Shown here: positions 37,301-46,247 of the stretch, one piece after another | Position numbering within the stretch: position 1 is the first letter of the stretch | How the letters are laid out: every line of letters begins with the position of its first letter | Assembly (NCBI GenBank): GCA_973895155.1 | Contig: OZ316897.1 | Location: 16,595,958-16,659,957, forward strand | DNA from: Marsupella aquatica | Lineage: Eukaryota; Plantae; Marchantiophyta | Direction: 5' to 3' | DNA: 64,000 bases | The notes under the pieces: model-generated | Told to the model about the DNA's origin: nothing | Databases searched by the model: none | The model's input: only the letters and a program-made list of their open reading frames with translations | Program-made: the position numbers and the translations under genes

Positions 37301-38980
37301 GAGTCTGTCATCATTGCAGAGCTCGACAAGGAGCTAAAAGCAACCCAGGAGGAGAGGACTACCTTGAAACAAGAACGGGAGGAAGCCCAGAAGGAACTAG
37401 AGGAGGCACGCAAGGACCTAGATGAGACCCTGGAGGAGTTGGAGGAAATCACGAGGAAGATGGAGAACCTCCAGCGGCGGGCCGACAACCAAACGGAGCG
37501 GCTGAAGAAACAAGCCGCAGTATTTAGGTGCTTGTCTTCATCAGGCCCAACTCCAATTGGGGCAACCACGTTACCAGGAGTGGTACTGGCCGAAGAAAAA
37601 GCCGCGCCAACTGCACCAGTGCCGGAGGTAAGTGGGAAGGGGAAGGGACCAGCTGCCGAACCAGAAAAGAAGAAAAAGCGGAAACCTTCAGGGTCAAGGA
37701 GTAATCCGACTCCACAAGCCGTGGTGACCAAAGAGGTAGAACCAGCACCATCCTCCGACATGAATACGGCAATAGATCCCGCTATGATCACAGGTAGGGA
37801 TGGTGCGGCCCAAGCCGAACTACTCAGTAAGGAGGCCAGTATTCCAGATCCGCCTCTTGAGCAGGCCGGGGAGACCGTAGCCGAGGCTGAGGCCGTAACC
37901 GATTCTCGAGCCGATGCCGACGCCGATGGTGGACCCAGTCAGGCCGATGGAGAGTTGACTCAGTCAAGGGCAGGTAATCTGTCAGGGAATGAGCCTACGG
38001 CAGTGGCTGAGGAGGAAGCGTTGGGGGCGTCCATTAAGGATCCACCACCGGTGTCGTGACGGTGCAAGGGCGCCGTTCCTTTTAGGGAGGGCGGACGTGG
38101 AGGGAGGAGGCGTGAGTGGGCAGGGCGGGCGCGGATCTCCACGTTTAGGATTAGGATCAGAACCAGGAGCGGCCCTGACACTTAGCTTAGTGGGATTGCG
38201 GTCCCACTGGTAGGAGCAACACTTGTGCTCCTGCCTTGCTGTACATAGGTAGATTCGGGCAAGTAGATTACTGTTAGGTAGATTAGGCTTACGATGCAAA
38301 GAATGGCGGATCCACTACCAGGATAAGTACCTGGGCAGCGGGGAGCTCAGGGCCTCTTCTTTAGCAAGTTTTTAGTTTGCACCAGTCGGGCTGGGATCAA
38401 GTAGTACGAGAAGCTCTCGGTTAGTCATACAGTGACCCTTGTGTATATTCATGTTTCCTCATGCCTAAGAGCTGAATAGAGTTGGCCTCACGGCTTAGTT
38501 CGCAGAACTTGTGTATGAGATGTACTGTTTGTATGGCAAGTGCATGGTATGACTCAGTCAGAATGAGTCATTTTGCTATTTGTGTGTCGCATTAACTTGT
38601 GTGAAGAGTGCCCACATCAACAGAAGGAAGGAAAGTAAGCAGGGGAGTGAGAGTTGGATGTGTCAAGCTAAGAGAGGTCTTAGCGGCTTAACCAAGCCTA
38701 TTGGGGATCATTCTGGCGGCGGAATCCAAACATACCTAACAAGACGGAGGGGAAGACAGGGGAAGACAGGGGAAGGCCTATATTAGGCCGGCTACGTATC
38801 TCATGACCCGATGAAGGATCTGTCCAGTATATGTGTGTAAAATGTTAATAGTAGTAGTAGAAGGTTAGCAGCGTCCCATGCCGCTAAGCCGCGGAAACGG
38901 CCTCGCCAAGCACGAAACCTGCAGGAATCGGCTTGAGCTGGGGGGTTTCTTGGGTTTAGGGAGCCATGGGACGCACCACA
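34312..38980 (+). repeat. 5' LTR of element A (4669 bp)
   Basis: Direct repeat of 58735-63403; followed by the PBS. Confidence 0.97.
34427..38059 (+). pseudogene. LTR-encoded ~1210-aa protein, 5'-LTR copy (two TAG stops)
   Basis: One frame throughout; TAG at 34823-34825 and 35858-35860, both CAG in the 6004 copy. Confidence 0.85.
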
Positions 38981-38984
38981 TTTT

Positions 38985-39002
38985 TGGCGCTAGATGGAGG
39001 GG
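38985..39002 (+). promoter_or_regulatory. Primer-binding site, tRNA-Asn type
   Basis: TGGCGCTAGATGGAGGGG lies 4 nt after the LTR and is complementary (1 mismatch) to the plant tRNA-Asn 3' end as I recall it (...CCCCUCCUUCUAGCGCCA). Confidence 0.8.
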
Positions 39003-39049
39003 GCATTTCTTAAGCCGTGAGATATGAAGTTAGAACGGAAGCGTAGGTA

Positions 39050-42041
39050 ATGACTGACCTTACGCCGAGGGAAGAAAGAGTGATTCAACGGGAGAGAGCT
39101 CGACTGCAGCAGCTCGCCGGGTGGCATGATACACAGCGACTGAGAGGGGCAGAAAGAGCTGGTAGCTCCGAAACTGGAAGTGGCGTCGAAGAAGACATAC
39201 CAGAAGAAGAGTCGGTAAGGAGAAGTGAGTCTCCAACCGACATGGGGGAACCAGAGGCACGGCCAGACGAGAGGCCAGGGACCAGATTGAGCCAGCGGTC
39301 GCGCATACATTACAAGGCATTTCATGGGAGAGGAGATGAGGATCCGGACGAATGGTTGGATGATTTCGAGGGAACCGCTGCAGCAAATGGAGAATCGGCC
39401 ATCAAGATGCAGATTCTTCCCGGCCTGTTCAAGGGTGAGGCTAGGCCTTGGTACAGAGCATTAGATGTGGAAGATCAAGCCATCTGGGATATCTTCAAAA
39501 CACTCTTTGTTAAGGAGTTTCGACCCATTGGAACTTCAGAACTAGCAGTGCTGAAGTTGGGACAACTTCGGTTCAAGGAGAACAAATCCTTCAGGAAGTT
39601 CTTGCAACGCTTTCAGAAACTGGTAAGACGTACAAAGACCAATGCATCTGAAGGTATGCAACTTCAATGGTTGGTGAATGCTTTGCCACAGAAGATGAGT
39701 TTTGCAATTAGGAAGGAGAACCCGGAGACTTTAGCCGAAGCAATTAAGGATATTCAATTATACATTAATGCAGATATCACAAGCCGGAAGAAACAGCTTA
39801 AGTCTGAGAGTTCCTCATCAGAGGAGGGATCACCCCATAAGAAAAAAGATAAGAAGAAGAAACATCCCAAGAAGTCTAGAAGTGATAAGTCAAGCTCAGA
39901 TAGTGGGAGTAGCAAGAGTGAGTCATCTTCTAGTTCTGAAGAAGAAAAAACTAGGAAAAGGAAGGGCAGAAGGAGAGGGAAGACGAAAGTCAAGATGGAG
40001 GCTAAGCCACCAGATAACATCGTAGCCCTTACCGAGCAACTTAAGGCTATCATTGAGAGGTAAAACCAAAGAAGAAGGTAGTACAGGAGGATAGCTCTGT
40101 ATGGTGTGCCTTATGTTATAAAACCGGACACCATAAAGATGCGTGTCCTAAGCTTAATACTAATCATGTTCGGCATGTGGCCGAGATCAGACCATGTCAG
40201 GGAGAAGTAGAGTACTTTTTAGGAGATGCCGCTGATAGTGTTTTCGGCATCAGTGAGACTGGAGCACGAGACCTATCCAACAGACCTGCATCTCTATGGT
40301 CAGGGTTAAGGAACAATCCAGGAGAGATGTATCCTCGGATTATTCAGAACCCGTCAGTACCTCCTAGGCCGAATGTGCAAAGATTTGCAGCGTGCTATAA
40401 TTGTGGTCAACCTGGCCATTTTGCTAGAGAATGCCCGAATGCACGCAAACAGGGTGATGGACAACCAGCTCAGCTATGTATGGGATGCCGACAGGAAGGT
40501 CATATGCTAGGGCAATGTCCTACTTGGTTGGCAGGCCTGGCCGCAAATCATAAGCTTTTGCCGATCAAGATCTTACCGCCAGGTACTACCCCCGGAGGAG
40601 TTCAAATCAACCACATCGAACTAGGATGGCAAGAGGATGCCGAGGCAGAGTTCGTACCATCTGCTGATGAGGCCGAAGCCCTATCAACCTTCTCAGAGGA
40701 GGATTTAGATCATGATTGCTACCGGGTCTCTACTCGATCTACCAGAAGGAAGGAAAGGTGGGATGGCTGGCCAAAAATAAAGGGAAGGTTACGGAGGAAA
40801 GGATCGACTCTTCGTCAACATCAACAGAAGGAGAAGGGAGGGCTCCGGCAATACAGGTAAGCCATGAGCCCACCAGTGAAACCAATCCTTCACAAGATAG
40901 CGACTTCAATCGAGATCATCCTAAGTTGTTCTACCCCTCTGTTACGGCTAGTGTTAAGGAACAACTAAGAGAATTAGAAACCCTGGAGAATACCGAAGCC
41001 ATTGCCAAGGATGTAAAACGAGCAAAAGCATTGTTTGCTTCGGAAGACCCAACAGCTGTGGAGACTAGCGTGGCAAAACTGGCCGAATCCAAGACGGAAA
41101 CACCACCAGAAGAGAAGCCGATTGTTCCCTATGACCTGGCTAAAGATGTACTAGAATCTAGAGTCTCGGCAACAGTAGGTCAACTATTGAAAAATAGCCC
41201 GTATTTCCGGAAGCAATTAAGGAAGGCTATTCTCGGCAAGCCGAGATTACCCAAGGTAGCAACCAGATCCGACGTACTAATGATAGAAGAAGATCAAGGA
41301 GCCCCAGCATTACCATTAATGATTCAAGGAGAATTATTACTACGGGTACCCATCGATGGAGGATCAGGGGTATGTATTATGATTGATTCAACAGCAAAAG
41401 GGTGGGGTCAAACACCGGAGATGACTGGAAGAGTGTTGAACATGGCCAATGGATATCAGGTCATTCCTACGGGAGTGTTAACCGGCATCAAGACAGAGAT
41501 AGGAGGTATCTTCTTTAGCATTAACTATGTAGTAATGAAGCCGGTAAATCCTACGTCATTCCGGCTATTGATTGGTAGGCCATGGCTGTACCTAGCCGAG
41601 GTAATAGAAGATTGGGGTAAAAAGCAGTTCACTTTCGGGACCCCCTCTATCACGGTATCCTGGGACACTAAGGATGACCGTAGGAAAAGCATAAGGGAAG
41701 TAGATGGGTACGACAGTGGACTGGAGTCAGCCGATGAAGTACGTTGGTTAGAATGCCTCACTAACCTAACCGAAGAAGGTGTCTTTGGACCAGAGGTACC
41801 CCCCAGCGGATTATGGCAAGAACCAATGGAAGGTGACTTGGAAGAAGAAGACGAAGAGGTCGAGGACTGCTTTACAATAGAATCCACCTTTTTAGCTGCA
41901 ATTCCGGAGGAAGTAAAGGATGTAGACCAATTGGATGAAACGGCTAAGTGGGGAGCAGTAGCAGGGACAGTGGATTTTCTGCAGGCGTTGTGGCAGAGCC
42001 GGCAGGGTTCACAACGCCATCGATCATCGGCAAGGAATTAA
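39050..42041 (+). pseudogene. gag: Element A gag-protease with two apparent frameshift lesions (~40060, ~40770)
   Basis: Retrotrans_gag-like FHGRGDEDPDEWL...ARPWY; three CCHC knuckles (CALCYKTGHHKDAC, CYNCGQPGHFAREC, CMGCRQEGHMLGQC); protease VPIDGGSG...LIGRPW. Confidence 0.9.
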
Positions 42042-44294
42042 ATACCAAGGGATCGGCATACAAGCCGATTACGAGGGCAGAACAAATTGAGGCCCTATTA
42101 GAAGCCGAGAGAGCACAGCGGCCTAACTCTCAGGAGCAAGAGGTGGATGAGATGGACAGACACGATCCAGAGCCAAGGCAGGAAGGGGAGCCGACCACTA
42201 ATTCAAAACCGAAGAGACCGATAAGGGGACAATCTATGGACACCAAGGAAGGGACCGACTCGGCTAGTCCAGCCGAGATCCCAGTTTATGGAGGTATGAG
42301 ATTAGAGAGACTGGAAGCCAAACTGGACCCGAATTTGAAGAAGCAGATTAATATGATCCAAGCACGGCAATATCGGAAGCTCGACTTAGGAGAGGGAAGA
42401 GAACTGAACTTAGGGAGAAACCTAGCACCTGAGCTCGAGAAAGAGATCAGTGACTTATTGATTGAATTTCAGGATGTGTTTGCATGGAGTCACCAAGATC
42501 TAAAGGGAGTAGATCCAACACTAGGGGAACATCGAATTGATCTCATGTTAGGAGCCAAATCATTTCGACAACCAATTCGAAGGATGAACCCGAAGTATTC
42601 CCTGCTGGTCAAAACAGAAATCGACAAACTAGTGGAAGCTGGATTCATCACTCCAGTCCTGCATTCAGACTGGGTGTCTCCAATTGTGATAGTTCCCAAG
42701 AAAGCTGGACCCGATGGTAAACCCAAGATCCGGGTTTGTCAGGATTACAGGAAGCTGAATGAAGCAACATTAAAAGACCATTTTCCTTTACCGTTTACTG
42801 ATATGGTACTAGACATGGTAGCCAGTCATGAACTATATTCATTCATGGATGGATACTCTGGTTATAACCAAATCAGGATTCGGCAGGAAGACCAAATCAA
42901 GACGGCCTTCATCACGGAATGGGGGATCTATGTCTTCAATCGTATGCCGTTTGGACTCTGCAACGCACCAGCTATGTTCCAACGATTAATGGTGAACATT
43001 TTTCATGATTACTTGAGAAAGTTCATGGAAATCTTCATTGATGACTTTGCAGTATTCGGGAAGGCATCGAAACATGCTAAATACCTCAGGAAAACCTTCA
43101 TGAGATGTAGAGAGATGGGTCTCAAGTTACACCCAGATAAATGTTTTTTTGCAGTAACCGAGGGGGTGCTACTAGGTCACAAGGTATCAAGGAAGGGCAT
43201 TGAGATTGACAAAGGTAAGCTAGCAATATGGCTAGATATCATGCAACCTAAGAACATAAAGGATGTAAGATCCTTCTTGGGATGCATTGGTTACTATCGC
43301 CGGTTCATCAAGGATTTTGCCAAGCTAGCTTTACCATTAACCAATATGCTCAAGGCAGGAGCAGACTTCGAACCCACACCCGAACGAGTCACAGCGGTGG
43401 TAGAATTGAAGCAGATGTTAGTAGAGGCCCCAGTCATGATAGCACCGGACTGGAACAAAGATTTTCATGTTTTTGTAGATGTCTTGGGCTTCTGTATTGG
43501 CTCAGTACTAAGTCAGTTGGATGAGAAAGGAAGGGACCATCCCATATACTTCGCAAGCCGTCAGCTTGCCGATGCCGAACGGAACTACTCTACCACGGAA
43601 AGAGAAGCATTAGGAGTCATTTATTCTTGTAAAAAGTTTAGGCATTATTTACTAGGGTACAAGGTAATCTTTCATACTGATCATGAAAGTTTGAAGTACC
43701 TAGTCAATAAGCCGGACCTTACAGGCAGAGTAGCAAGATGGATTTTGCTATTACAGGAGTTTGACTATGAGCTGAGGATCAAGCCGGGAAAGTTACATGC
43801 CAATGCCGACTTCTTTTCAAGGATCACAGGTAAACCTGCCACGGATTGCATCGATGATCGATTCCCCGACGAGGAGCTATTCGTTGTGGAAATAGCTGGT
43901 ACATGGTACCCTGAGATTTTACAATTTCTCAGCACTTCCAGATTACAGCCAGGATTAAGCCGAGAGCAAGCCGCAGTCTTTGTGCGGAAGGTCAGACAGT
44001 ATCAGTGCATTAAAGGCATACTGCACAAGCATGGAATCAACGGCACGATTCAAAGATGTTTGGAAAAGAGAGAGGTAAAACGAGTCCTACGGGCCATGCA
44101 TGGAGAGGAGGCCGGAGGACATTTTGCCCCAGTAACCACGTCTAAAAAGATATTAAATGCCGGTTACTGGTGGCCCACCTTGCACAAAGATGTCTATCAG
44201 TTTATCAAACAATGCGATCCTTGTCAACGAGCGGGAGGACCAAGGGCGTCCACCAGGCATCCACTGCACCCTATTCTACCTCTGGCACCATTCG
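41948..44294 (+). CDS. pol: Element A pol, 5' part (RT, RNase H, integrase HHCC), split by element B
   Basis: RVCQDYRKLN, DGYSGYNQI, MPFGLCNAP, FIDDF, YSTTEREAL, TDH, H..H..CDPC; rejoins 57827 in frame (LAPF|EKWGID). Confidence 0.95.
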
Positions 44295-45681
44295 TGTCGT
44301 ATAGTGCTAAGTATCAAAAGTGACTCTCCTCACCTAAAACCAGGGTTTCGATCCCTTTAAGAACAGATTTCAGAATGAATTGTATAACTTTTATCACTCC
44401 GAGTGATTTAGAGTCTTGAGCTCTATGTTGACTTCACTTCTCAATAAAAAAATCGAATAAACAAACAACAAAGTAACTGAACTTCTGATTTATGAATTAG
44501 AGAAGAAATGAGTAAGGATTTAGAGACTACAAGCTACTGCCACTCCTTCAGAAAGGATTTGGGCTCAGTATAGACATGAAATCTATCTCATAATTCATCC
44601 ATCTCACTCTTCAAAACACAAAGGTTAATGATAATGGAATTCTCAATCTGATGAAGCAGAAGCTTTCTGATTGCAAATGAATGATATGATTTAAAATGCC
44701 GTCAACATGGTTTGACATCAGCGATACGCAATTCAGTCAAACTCTAAACCATATTCCAGAATCAAAGCAACAGTACTAACTACTCTGAGAATCAGAATTT
44801 ACTTCTCATTTATCATTAACTATTCTTGAATTGGCTAGCGAATCCCGACTCTGCAAGCAAGCCTAGCAGTGAATTCAATACGAGTTTCAGAAATCTGCAA
44901 CTGAATTCAATCACCACAGGAATCTCTTGAATTCAATCTTAACTTCAATCAATATAGCTTTACTTCCATACAAAACACTAACAGCATGCCTTGTTACAAT
45001 GGAAGGAGGAGAAAACTATTCAGAAGACTCAATTCTGAATACAGTATTAACTCTATTTCTCTCTACTTCAAATGAGCATTCTACTCTGTCTTATAAGTGC
45101 TGGAATCCTAAAATGGAGGAGGTAAGAACAGTCGTGCCTTTCCAAGCTTAAAACTAAACAAGGGAGAAGCACAGCATAAGTACTTCAACAAGGGTGGTAG
45201 AATACTACTTTACTAGTAATCTACTTCAAAAACTAAGTGTTGAGCGGACGCTGCTAGAAGCGTCGGGAGAATCTGGACGCTGCTAGAAGCGTCTTAAGTA
45301 AAACCAACGGACGCTGCTCACACTGCTCACAGCGTCAATACTAGGGTGGACGCTGCTCACAGCGTCGTGTGTTGAAGCTGACGCTTTCCACAGCGTCGGT
45401 CGAAATCCTCATAGAGTCTTGGTGGCGGTCGGGCACTGCCAAAAGCGTCATGAGGAGGTTGGACGCTTCCGCAGCGTCTTGAGTAAAAGAAACGGGCGCT
45501 GGTCACAGCGTCGGGCAAAGTACACTAGGAATCGTCAGGAAAGCCGGAGATGTCAAATATTTCTATAAGTGTCCAGAACAAGTAAATGTTGGCCGGAAGG
45601 TGTCTAAAGTGTAAGTAAATCTTGTGATATGCTAAAAATAAACAAGTTTCCAGAAAAAATTGCAGGGACACCCATACCACA
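44295..45681 (-). repeat. 3' LTR of element B (1387 bp)
   Basis: Direct repeat of 56435-57821; only one mismatch spotted by eye (44980 vs 57120). Confidence 0.97.
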
Positions 45682-45683
45682 TA

Positions 45684-45696
45684 GCCCTCCACTTAA
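45684..45696 (-). promoter_or_regulatory. Polypurine tract of element B
   Basis: Minus strand TTAAGTGGAGGGC, 2 nt before the 3' LTR. Confidence 0.85.
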
Positions 45697-45758
45697 ATTT
45701 CGCCGTGTCCCCACAAGACATGACCGAATTGAATCAGAAGCGAGTGACATGTTCTTCA

Positions 45759-46235
45759 TTAATAATATTCTGGCTTAATAATCCAAGTAGTGCTCAAAAT
45801 CATTGACGGGAGTTGGGAGATATCCGAATCCAGAATATAAAAATCGAGGTCATGGAATTCTTCTCCGATCTGTATTGGGACTCCTTTAACTCTTCCCCAA
45901 AGATTAATGATTCGTCCATCGATTGATATCTGAGCAGATATCGGTTGTACTTCTTGATGAACAAATTGCTGGCACAGTCTGTGGGAGAGGAAATTAATTC
46001 GAGAGCCTGGATCAATAACAAAGTGTTGAATAGCATGTCCTCCCAGTTTGATCTTGCCTTCAAAGGAATGTTGGAAAGCACGGGGTAAAGAATTCCAACA
46101 ATCCATAGTAGCTTTGATGTCCCACATGAGCAGATAAATATCAATTCGAAGGAGAAAGAAGGAAACAATTGCAGGATGCTGCAAAAGTAACGGCTTATAT
46201 ACATATAAATGACAACACCGTTTGATATCTCTCAT
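45759..46235 (-). CDS. Second retropepsin-like (aspartic protease fold) ORF of element B
   Basis: FVIDPGSRINFLS...GRVKGVPIQIG...LDFYIL...MILSTTWI parallels VPVDGGASVNLIT...GKLTRVETLIAG...LDYVVI...VLLGRPWL of B's own protease. Confidence 0.65.
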   Translation of the reverse strand: MRDIKRCCHLYVYKPLLLQHPAIVSFFLLRIDIYLLMWDIKATMDCWNSLPRAFQHSFEGKIKLGGHAIQHFVIDPGSRINFLSHRLCQQFVHQEVQPISAQISIDGRIINLWGRVKGVPIQIGEEFHDLDFYILDSDISQLPSMILSTTWIIKPEYY

Positions 46236-46247
46236 AAATGGTGTCCT

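Noticed and set aside
40050-40790. Two further frame changes in element A gag as programmed frameshifts
   Set aside because: No clear heptamer-plus-stem signal; B's gag is continuous across the same region; they look like 1-bp deletions or sequence errors.
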